DNA of 64,000 bases from Nitrospirales bacterium (lineage in GTDB: Bacteria; Nitrospirota; Nitrospiria; Nitrospirales; UBA8639): the NCBI GenBank assembly GCA_965223295.1, contig CBDCWC010000002.1:576001-640000 (forward strand), in the 5' to 3' direction. The position numbers and the translations under genes were made by a program. Shown in pieces: positions 54,656 through 64,000 of this stretch. Within the stretch, counting starts at the first letter, position 1, and each line of letters starts with the position of its first letter. The notes beneath the pieces were generated by a model, which made no database searches, was not told the origin of the DNA, and saw nothing but the letters and a program-made list of their open reading frames with translations.

Positions 54656-54823
54656 TGAGGGTGCGTGTATTTCGGAAAGAATAACCGTTCAGGTTATAAG
54701 AGCAGGCAACCGCCTTCATGTACCAAGGTCTTCGCACGGTACTATGAACTGCATCTTCTGAGGAAGATCGTACTTGAGCACTAGCACTCCACGTTGTTCT
54801 TATAAGCGCTAAAGGCTATATTT

Positions 54824-55543
54824 TTATAACTTCTTTCTACGACGAAAGAGTTCCAGACATACTAAGCCAGATATGAAAAGGCCTAACGTACTTGGCTCAG
54901 GAACGGGAGTCGAGGACTCTTTGGTTAATCGCACATTGTCGAGAATCAAGCCAATGTTGTCTCCACCATTGTCTCCACCTGAGGCATGAGCAAAGAACAA
55001 TGTTCCTGTGGTTGAGGCATCGGAAGAAACCATGCGTGTGACTGTCTGAAAAGGATCGTCAAAATCCCGCACGAACGTTTCTTGGTAAAGAGAACCAAGC
55101 ACCACGGTAACAGCGTTGTCACCCTCGTTTTGATTCGGGAACTCACTGCATATAGGAGAAGTGGTGGCGCAGGGGCCTGCCAAATCAAAGGTGAGAATGA
55201 TTTGGTCATTCGGATTAAATGAAAAGGTGTTCTTCGATTCAAGCCTTCCCGCATGGCTTGTCGACCCATCTAGGTCGAGATAGAGGCCGTTGCCTGGGTA
55301 AAAATCCACGAATCCATTACCTAAGAGATCGACACTGCCATTTGTTACGTTCCAGTTGGTGAAAGTAGAGAAGTTCGTTTGTCCCATACCGCCGTTCTCA
55401 TTATCAAAATTATCCTCTAGAAGAGTCATGGTAGCTGCGAATGCCACCTGAGAAATGCAAAGGAGAAAACCGGCAATACAGACCATGAGACCAATTAAAG
55501 TCTTGCGTTTGCTTCTTAATGCCGTAGGATGAATCATAAACAT
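54824..55543 (-). CDS. PEP-CTERM sorting domain protein
   Basis: signal peptide (AFA), beta-rich body (W.V..GSVD, LDLDG, GLILDNV), C-terminal VPEPSTLGLFISGLVCLELFRRRKK; AGGAG RBS. Confidence 0.9.
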   Translation of the reverse strand: MFMIHPTALRSKRKTLIGLMVCIAGFLLCISQVAFAATMTLLEDNFDNENGGMGQTNFSTFTNWNVTNGSVDLLGNGFVDFYPGNGLYLDLDGSTSHAGRLESKNTFSFNPNDQIILTFDLAGPCATTSPICSEFPNQNEGDNAVTVVLGSLYQETFVRDFDDPFQTVTRMVSSDASTTGTLFFAHASGGDNGGDNIGLILDNVRLTKESSTPVPEPSTLGLFISGLVCLELFRRRKKL

Positions 55544-55778
55544 TCTCCTTTCTTAAGATTTGTCTTTTCTCCCTTGATAGACTTCTACTTTGCAATAGAA
55601 CCACGTAGAGGGGGAAACTTGCAGGAGGCTCTCAAAGAAACGACCAGACTTTATAAGTCAGGCTAGTCAATAGTTCCATTAATTATGCAAAATTAACCGT
55701 GAAATGACGTAAAGTCAATGCAGGATCTGTCATGTATGAATGACCTCGCCTTGCTTGAAGCACAATAACTAAAGAGCT

Positions 55779-56126
55779 ATGAATAGAATGAAAACAATAG
55801 TAGTGGTAGTTGTCACTGGATTGGGGATGATGACCTTTGGGGGAATAACGTCAGCCAACCTGCTTGAAGTCAAGAAAGCTGTGGAAGGGACTCTTTGTCG
55901 AAAGCTCGCGACAGACTATGCAAAAGATCCTAGCACTTTGACTGTGCAAACCATTGCTCAACTGCAAATCTGTCTGGCGCAAACTCTGCAAGCCGCACCT
56001 TCACGTGCCATACCCAAAAATTTCGATATTCAAGCCCCACCTCCTCCATCATCCAATCGTGTCGACACCATACTTCCAACTCCACCAACCCCGCCTACGC
56101 CTCCCCAATCCATTAGGATTAAGTGA
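55779..56126 (+). CDS. secreted hypothetical protein with Pro-rich tail
   Basis: hydrophobic N-terminus, two Cys, PPPPSS..PTPPTPPTPP tail. Confidence 0.6.
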   Translation: MNRMKTIVVVVVTGLGMMTFGGITSANLLEVKKAVEGTLCRKLATDYAKDPSTLTVQTIAQLQICLAQTLQAAPSRAIPKNFDIQAPPPPSSNRVDTILPTPPTPPTPPQSIRIK

Positions 56127-56325
56127 TTAAAGCATTAGTCCCGGCTGTTTTCGTGAGTCTGCACTCTGACAGCTGCTTTTCCGCCAATTAGGTTTATTGC
56201 AGGAATGGCAGTATGACCGAGAGGAGATAATGGATACCCGATGACATATGTTGAGCATGATGCAGCAGAACTGAATCGCCTATATTTTTAACATGTGGAG
56301 AAAGCCAGAGAAAAGAAAAAATTTT

Positions 56326-57699
56326 TTATTGCTGGGTTTTGAGGACGATGAAGAAGGCGCGGGCTTTGCGGATGATGCGGAGAAGGACGGTTTGCCCGGG
56401 TTTAATTTTTTCTAAGGCTGCAGAGAATTGTGCGACACTTCTGACTCCTTGACGGTTGACTTCAGTAATAAAATCACCTTCTTGAATGCCTTCTGAATGA
56501 GCTAGACCGCCTCGCTCTACTTTTGAAACTAACACTCCAACTGTTTCTTTCAGTTCAAACTCTTCGGCTAGGGCTGCCGTGAGCGCTTGAACATCCAAGC
56601 CTAATTTGATCTCTGATTTTTGTGAGGGGAGTGAGGCGAAGGTTGTTTTTTCCGGCCTTTCGGCCATTGGAACATGATAAATCAACTCTTTACCGTCTCG
56701 CAGCAAGTGAACTTTGGCTTCTTGCCCAGGTCCAACTTGGGCCACCAAGCGGGACAGTTGATTGGGTGAGTCAACAGACTGGTCATCGACCTTCAAAATA
56801 ATATCTCCGGGCTTAATGCCTGCGGCATGAGCCGGGTCATCTTCATAGACTTCATTAATAAGAACGCCTCGTCCTTCCTTAATTCCAAATTGTTTGGACA
56901 GTTCTTTTGTTAACGCCTGAATGCCTACACCCAGCCAGCCCCGCACCACGCGACCTTGTGAGACCAATTGATCAACCACACGAGAGACCATGTTTGCAGG
57001 GATAGAGAACCCTATGCCTTGTGCCATATGGATAATGGCCGTATTAATGCCGATGACTTCACCGCGAAGATTAAATAAAGGACCACCTGAATTTCCTGGA
57101 TTAATTGCTGCATCAGTTTGGATGAAGTTTTCATATTTGGATAAATTTAATCGTTCACGTCCAATTCCACTAATGACGCCTAAAGTCACAGTTCGATCCA
57201 GTCCCATTGGATTGCCAACAGCCAAGACCCATTGGCCTACTTTTAGGTCTCGCGAATTGCCAAATTGTGCCGCAGGTAATTCTCGGTCAGTTTCAATCTT
57301 AATAACGGCAATATCTGTTTCTTTGTCGCGACCAATAATGCGTCCAATTTGGTGTGTTTTGTCAGAGAGACGGACTTCAGCTTCTGTCGTATCTTCACCC
57401 ACAACATGATTATTCGTTACGATAATGCCATCCTCTCGGACAATGACACCGGAACCGCTTCCTTGGGCATAGGAACCCCGTCTCTTAAATCCCTGAGGCG
57501 AGGTGATTTCTCGAATCGGCGTAATGTTAACAACCATAGGCGTGACACGTTCCGCTAGGCTGGTAATTGAAAATTGAATTTCTTCCAAAGCTTGAAGCCC
57601 ACGGAGCTCTTTATCTGTTGGCGCAGTGGCCCAAGCGAAACTTAGTGGCAAAAAGGCATAAACGATTGAATAGATAGCTATTTTTGATAGATTTTTCAT
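56326..57699 (-). CDS. DegP/HtrA (Do-family) serine protease with two PDZ domains
   Basis: GSGVI, TNNHVV, DIAVIK, IQTDAAINPGNSGGPL, two PDZ domains. Confidence 0.95.
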   Translation of the reverse strand: MKNLSKIAIYSIVYAFLPLSFAWATAPTDKELRGLQALEEIQFSITSLAERVTPMVVNITPIREITSPQGFKRRGSYAQGSGSGVIVREDGIIVTNNHVVGEDTTEAEVRLSDKTHQIGRIIGRDKETDIAVIKIETDRELPAAQFGNSRDLKVGQWVLAVGNPMGLDRTVTLGVISGIGRERLNLSKYENFIQTDAAINPGNSGGPLFNLRGEVIGINTAIIHMAQGIGFSIPANMVSRVVDQLVSQGRVVRGWLGVGIQALTKELSKQFGIKEGRGVLINEVYEDDPAHAAGIKPGDIILKVDDQSVDSPNQLSRLVAQVGPGQEAKVHLLRDGKELIYHVPMAERPEKTTFASLPSQKSEIKLGLDVQALTAALAEEFELKETVGVLVSKVERGGLAHSEGIQEGDFITEVNRQGVRSVAQFSAALEKIKPGQTVLLRIIRKARAFFIVLKTQQ

Positions 57700-57741
57700 A
57701 TAATTTCTCGAATATCTAAATGTCGCATAATAAATATTATG

Positions 57742-58338
57742 TCAAATAGACGAGAAGCTTATTTTTGGCTCTGTCCCCTTTAAGAGTCGAACGATATTAT
57801 CTTTGTGACAGTACACAATTAATGCTAACACTGCTAACGCAAAAAGGAAAAGGAAGAAGTTTCTTTCGTAAAACCATGCGAGAAACGGAAATGCCGTAAA
57901 TGCAGCTAGCGCGCCACCTGACGAATATTTGAACAATACGACAGCAGTTAGCCAAACTCCCAGTAAGCATAGACCCAAAAATAAGCTCATGCCACAGACT
58001 GCACCTAAGGCCGTCGCCACGCCCTTGCCACCTTTAAATTTGAGGAATACCGAAAAAATATGTCCAAGAATAACTGCAAGACCTATAAGAAGCACCCAGC
58101 CATGTGGAGTTTCTAGGTATAAAGCCAGACCTGTTGCTAATGCCCCTTTCCCGATATCTCCAAGCAGAGTCAGTATGCCGGCTTTTTTGCCTGAGACTCG
58201 CAAGACATTGGTAAATCCAATATTTTTACTGCCTTGAGTGCGGGGATCCGTCTCTCCTAATGCTTGGCTGACAATCAACCCAAACGGAATTGATCCTAAA
58301 AGATACGCTCCTAGGGCAGCCAGGACATACATAAACAT
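57742..58338 (-). CDS. plsY: glycerol-3-phosphate acyltransferase PlsY
   Basis: YLLGSIPFG, GSKNIGFTNVLR, DIGKG, GH..S.F..FKGGKGVAT, H..NI.RL..GTE. Confidence 0.96.
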   Translation of the reverse strand: MFMYVLAALGAYLLGSIPFGLIVSQALGETDPRTQGSKNIGFTNVLRVSGKKAGILTLLGDIGKGALATGLALYLETPHGWVLLIGLAVILGHIFSVFLKFKGGKGVATALGAVCGMSLFLGLCLLGVWLTAVVLFKYSSGGALAAFTAFPFLAWFYERNFFLFLFALAVLALIVYCHKDNIVRLLKGTEPKISFSSI

Positions 58339-58360
58339 TCATGCTTATCTTTAGAAGGAG

Positions 58361-58978
58361 CTACCAATATTGTGGGCTGAGTTTTTTAAAGATAAGGACG
58401 AGGTAATGCCAGCCTGAAGCTAGTGAGAGGACTAACGCCACATAGAGTAGAACGAGACCTACAGAGGACAACGCACCTTGAAATTCTGGCCAAGCCGTGT
58501 GGAAAATAAGACAAAGAATCCCTCCAATTTGACCAACAACTTTAAATTTCCCCAATGAGTCAGCCGGCACGATAAAGCCTTCTTTTGCTGCCACTGCTCT
58601 CGCTCCGGTGACCACCAACTCTCTGGCAATCATGACGAGCGCAAGCCAGACTGCCACCTGTTGAGATTGCACGAGAAGAATAAGGCCTGAAGCCACCAGG
58701 AGTTTATCGGCTACAGGATCCAACAATTTCCCTAAGTTCGTGATTTGCCCGCTTCGTCGAGCTAGATATCCATCTAGGAAATCCGTGAAAGCCGCAGCAG
58801 AAAAAACCAACCCAGCCCATAAAGCTCTCTCCGGGGTCGGCTCTAAATAGAGCCAAACAAACACAGGAATTAAGAGAATCCTCAGAAGAGTAATGGAGTT
58901 AGGAAGATTCAAACTTGCCTCTCTACTTTCTAGATTGGCATGTGGCGCTTTAGATTTTAGGATATCTGAAGAGTTCAT
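58361..58978 (-). CDS. pgsA: CDP-diacylglycerol--glycerol-3-phosphate 3-phosphatidyltransferase
   Basis: NLPNSITLLR, TDFLDGYLAR...T.LGKLLDPVADK, RELVVTG. Confidence 0.94.
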   Translation of the reverse strand: MNSSDILKSKAPHANLESREASLNLPNSITLLRILLIPVFVWLYLEPTPERALWAGLVFSAAAFTDFLDGYLARRSGQITNLGKLLDPVADKLLVASGLILLVQSQQVAVWLALVMIARELVVTGARAVAAKEGFIVPADSLGKFKVVGQIGGILCLIFHTAWPEFQGALSSVGLVLLYVALVLSLASGWHYLVLIFKKLSPQYW

Positions 58979-59006
58979 TGTTTCTTTTTAAATTTAAAGC
59001 GCGATA

Positions 59007-59858
59007 TCAAGTAAGAGCAGAAAACATTCCTTTTCCTGCAGCTTCCCAAATAGTTTTTAATTGAACAAGTAGCATTTTCAATTCACTTAACCGTACCATA
59101 TTGGGGCCATCGGATAGCGCTTCCTCTGGATGAGGATGGACCTCCATGAAAAAGCCATCGCACCCCACCGCCGCTGCCGCTCGAGCCAAGGGAGCGACAA
59201 ATTCTCGCTGGCCTGAGGAACACGTTCCTCCTCCACCTGGTAGTTGGACACAATGGGTCGCATCAAAAATGATCGGATAGCCCAAATCCCTCATGACCGG
59301 CAAGGAGCGCATATCCACAACTAAATTTTGATATCCAAAACTTGAACCTCGTTCGGTTAAGCAAATGTTCTTCGTGCCAGCTTCTTCCAGTTTTTTCACA
59401 ACATTAGTCATGTCCCATGGAGACAAAAATTGGCCTTTTTTGACATTTACGACTCGGCCAGACTTTGCAGCAGCAGCTAACAAGTCAGTTTGCCGACAAA
59501 GAAACGCGGGAATCTGCAAAATATCCGCCACGTCAGCTACTTGAGATACGTCCTGTACCTGATGAATATCGGTAAGAATGGGGACACCAACGTCATCTTT
59601 GACTTTCTTGAGAATCCGTAATCCTTCATCAAGCCCTAAGCCGCGAAAAGAAGAAATCGATGTTCGATTGGCCTTATCGTACGATGCCTTAAAGATATAC
59701 GGAATTTGTAATTCTTGAGCAATCTTCGAGATTGTCGAGGCAGTATTTAAAGCAATACATTCACTTTCAATGACACAAGGACCAGCAATTAAAATATGCG
59801 GGGCATCTCCACCCACTGCAATGGAGCCAATTTGAACGTGAGAATATGCCATGGGCAA
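59007..59858 (-). CDS. kdsA: KDO 8-phosphate synthase
   Basis: [39 protein letters not shown]. Confidence 0.97.
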   Translation of the reverse strand: MPMAYSHVQIGSIAVGGDAPHILIAGPCVIESECIALNTASTISKIAQELQIPYIFKASYDKANRTSISSFRGLGLDEGLRILKKVKDDVGVPILTDIHQVQDVSQVADVADILQIPAFLCRQTDLLAAAAKSGRVVNVKKGQFLSPWDMTNVVKKLEEAGTKNICLTERGSSFGYQNLVVDMRSLPVMRDLGYPIIFDATHCVQLPGGGGTCSSGQREFVAPLARAAAAVGCDGFFMEVHPHPEEALSDGPNMVRLSELKMLLVQLKTIWEAAGKGMFSALT

Positions 59859-59866
59859 TCCGGTCG

Positions 59867-61519
<1,653 letters not shown>

Positions 61520-61586
61520 TCACCATATTGTTCCATCTCTTTTCAAGTCTCTCCATATGACAACATTTTCCTTCCATTCAACCCCA

Positions 61587-62318
61587 TTAGTTCGTTACCA
61601 GAAATGATTCTGCAGTGGCAAGATCTTCTGGTGTATCAATACGAAGAGACGCATGAACGGTCTCCCACACCTGTATTGGCAGGCCATGTTCTAAGGCCCG
61701 AAGTTGTTCAAGTTTTTCGGCATCTTCAAGAAGCCCAGTGGGAAGATTTTGAAATTGCTGCAATGCCGTTTTTTGAAAAATATAGATTCCTAAATGCATC
61801 CAGGCTATGTGACCGGTTGCTTCAGGGATTCCATCCCGCCAACAGGGAATGGGGCTGCGTGAGAAATACAAGGCCTGTCCCTGCTTATCGGTGACGACTT
61901 TCACTATGGAAGGATTGGCGTAGTCTTCTTGTTTGACGATTTTTCTCTTCAAGGTGCCAATCTGTGCTTCTGAACGGACAAATGGCAAAATAAGGTCACT
62001 CAGTAAGTCAGCATGAAGCAAAATTTCATCGGCCTGTACATTCACCACCACATCATGCGTCAGTTCGGATGCCACCTTTGCTACGCGGTCAGTCCCGGTT
62101 CGACAAGATTCAGTGACCAGACGGGCGTCTCCACCAAAATCTTGTACCGTTTGTAGGATCGTCTTATCTTCTGTGACCACTAAGATTTGACCTGCTTGTG
62201 GGACACGCTGCACAGCTTCATAGGCATGCTGAATCAGAGGTTTGCCCGCGATTTTTTTGAGGGGCTTGCCAGGAAACCTTGAGGATCCATAGCGAGCCGG
62301 AAGACAAATACTCACCAT
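61587..62318 (-). CDS. kdsB: CMP-KDO synthetase
   Basis: PARYGSSRFPGKPL, TGTDR, ALYFSRSPIP, EKLEQLRALE, IDTPEDL. Confidence 0.96.
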   Translation of the reverse strand: MVSICLPARYGSSRFPGKPLKKIAGKPLIQHAYEAVQRVPQAGQILVVTEDKTILQTVQDFGGDARLVTESCRTGTDRVAKVASELTHDVVVNVQADEILLHADLLSDLILPFVRSEAQIGTLKRKIVKQEDYANPSIVKVVTDKQGQALYFSRSPIPCWRDGIPEATGHIAWMHLGIYIFQKTALQQFQNLPTGLLEDAEKLEQLRALEHGLPIQVWETVHASLRIDTPEDLATAESFLVTN

Positions 62319-62324
62319 AATGGA

Positions 62325-63338
62325 TTAAGGGATATCATGTGTGAAAACATGTCGAAGCTGAGATTGTGTAACGGTGGCTGTCCCCACGATTCCAACAACG
62401 ATGCCTGCAGCCTGATTGGCCAGAACTGCGGCATCCGCAATGGGAGCCTTTGCACTTAACGCCAACGCCAGAGTACTAATGACCGTATCTCCTGCCCCTG
62501 TCACATCATAAACCTGTCGAGCCACCGCCGGAATGGTCCATGTATTTCCATTCTGTTCAAAAATACTCATGCCCTCTTCTCCCCTGGTCACGACCACAGC
62601 CTGACAATGCAACCGCTTTTGGAGAGACGTGCCAATCTGTTCGATCGGAATCTCTTGAGTCGGCAAATATCCTGCTGCTTGTTTAGCTTCAAGATGGTTG
62701 GGAGTGATGACCGTCACCCCCGCATAGTAGGACATATGTTCGACTTTGGGGTCCACAATAATGGGTACCTCATATGGTTTTGCCAGTTCTCGAATGTGTT
62801 GCATCAGTTCTTCTGTAATCAGACCTTTCGCATAATCGGAAATCACAATACAGGAAAGATGAGGCAGCCTCGCAGTCACATGCCGAAGAATTTTTCGTTG
62901 AATTGGCTGAGAGACGGAATCACGATGCTCCACATCAAATCGAACGATTTGTTGGTTATGTGCGATAACTCGGGTTTTTTTAATGGTTGGGCGGCTTTTG
63001 TCGATGAAAATTCCGGGTCCTAGCTTTGATGGGTGATGAATCTCTTGTAAGACCTGTTTGCCGGCTGCATCGGAGCCCAATACGCCACATAGTTCAACTT
63101 GGCCTCCCAGAGAGAGAATATTTTGATAGACGTTTGCCGCTCCCCCCATTCGATAGGACTCGGATTTCACGTGCACAACTGGAACTGGCGCTTCCGGTGA
63201 GACCCGGCTTACCGATCCCCAGATATAATGATCCAGAATTAAATCCCCAAGGACTAAGATATTGGTCTGAGAGAAACGGCGAAGATATTGAGAGAGTTTT
63301 CGTGAGGAAATTGTGGCAACAGAAGAAAAAGTCTTCAT
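62325..63338 (-). CDS. rfaE1: D-glycero-beta-D-manno-heptose-7-phosphate kinase (RfaE domain I)
   Basis: GDLILD.Y, RVSPEAPVPV, GGAANV, SDYAKG, DVTGAGDT. Confidence 0.93.
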   Translation of the reverse strand: MKTFSSVATISSRKLSQYLRRFSQTNILVLGDLILDHYIWGSVSRVSPEAPVPVVHVKSESYRMGGAANVYQNILSLGGQVELCGVLGSDAAGKQVLQEIHHPSKLGPGIFIDKSRPTIKKTRVIAHNQQIVRFDVEHRDSVSQPIQRKILRHVTARLPHLSCIVISDYAKGLITEELMQHIRELAKPYEVPIIVDPKVEHMSYYAGVTVITPNHLEAKQAAGYLPTQEIPIEQIGTSLQKRLHCQAVVVTRGEEGMSIFEQNGNTWTIPAVARQVYDVTGAGDTVISTLALALSAKAPIADAAVLANQAAGIVVGIVGTATVTQSQLRHVFTHDIP

Positions 63339-63390
63339 GCAAGATACGCGAAAGAAAAAAGAACTATCGAACGAGGACTATGGTTATGTG

Positions 63391-64000
63391 TTACTGAATG
63401 CCTTTTCCGATTCTGCCCCAGCGAATCCAATCTTTCCAATCCCCCTGCCCTTTCCACGACCAGTACACAAGGAACGCACGCCCCTTAATTTTATTCATTT
63501 TCACAAACCCCCAAAATCGACTATCCAGACTTTGATCTCGATTGTCGCCCATCACAAAATACGAGTCAGCAGGGACTGTTAGTGGTCCTAGATTGTCGCG
63601 TGGATTAATGCGGCCATCAATCATTCCAGGATCCACCCTTTGCGTGAAGTCCTTATCTTTAAACGGTTCTCCGTTGATTAAAATTTTTTTATTTTGAATT
63701 TCAATCACATCGCCAGGAGTCCCAATCACTCGCTTAATAAAATCTTTGTTCTCATCTTCAGGATAACGAAAGACGATGACATCCCCACGTTTGGGAGGGT
63801 CAAAATTCATGAGGATGGTAGAAGAAAAACAAGTGAGTGGCGGAAATGCCACCTGAAACTCGCAGTCTTGGGGCAATTGGACGCCGTAGGCTAATTTGGA
63901 AACAAGGATGTGATCGCCTATTAATAAAGTGGGAATCATGGATCCTGAAGGAATTTTAAAGGCCTGCACAACAAAGACACGAATGGTCAATGCCAAAATA
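63391..64000 (-). CDS. lepB: signal peptidase I (5'-truncated by window edge)
   Basis: IPSGSM.PTL..GD, DFIKRVIG.PGD, MGDNRD.S.DSR.WG. Confidence 0.95.
   Translation of the reverse strand, partial: ILALTIRVFVVQAFKIPSGSMIPTLLIGDHILVSKLAYGVQLPQDCEFQVAFPPLTCFSSTILMNFDPPKRGDVIVFRYPEDENKDFIKRVIGTPGDVIEIQNKKILINGEPFKDKDFTQRVDPGMIDGRINPRDNLGPLTVPADSYFVMGDNRDQSLDSRFWGFVKMNKIKGRAFLVYWSWKGQGDWKDWIRWGRIGKGIQ

Noticed and set aside
54782-54812. CIRCE-like TAGCACTC...AAGCGCTAA
   Set aside because: Spacer is 14 rather than 9 nt, the right arm is degenerate, and it lies between convergent gene ends

Overview
A 64-kb chromosomal window that is mostly housekeeping genes. Gene content and repeat style suggest a Nitrospirales-like bacterium (inference only). 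It holds a complete trpEGDC-FBA cluster, ligA, mutS2, queG, an RpoH-type sigma factor next to groES-groEL, a NarK-type transporter, ribBA-ribH-nusB-purB-purC-purS-purQ-(DUF433)-purL-purF, a divergent EF-G paralog, degP/htrA, and lepB(partial)-rfaE1-kdsB-pyrG-kdsA-pgsA-plsY. Accessory genes include two PEP-CTERM proteins, a MoxR AAA+ pair and several hypotheticals. I found no rRNA, tRNA, CRISPR array or transposase. The main candidate novel system is at 47121-52340. A 781-aa fusion of a LuxD-like acyl-ACP thioesterase (Ser-Asp-His triad apparently intact) and a class I SAM methyltransferase lies directly upstream of a multi-TM/GAF/HisKA sensor kinase, and each gene has its own near-consensus sigma-54 promoter. 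This resembles a fatty-acid-methyl-ester signal synthase/receptor pair, analogous to Ralstonia PhcB/PhcS but with different enzyme architecture; the function is inferred, not shown. The second theme is intergenic. There are five copies of a ~190-bp MITE (four with 5-bp target-site duplications) and two copies of a ~140-bp MITE with TTA/TAA flanks. The two families share a covarying hairpin core, and family A is nested with REP-like palindromes.
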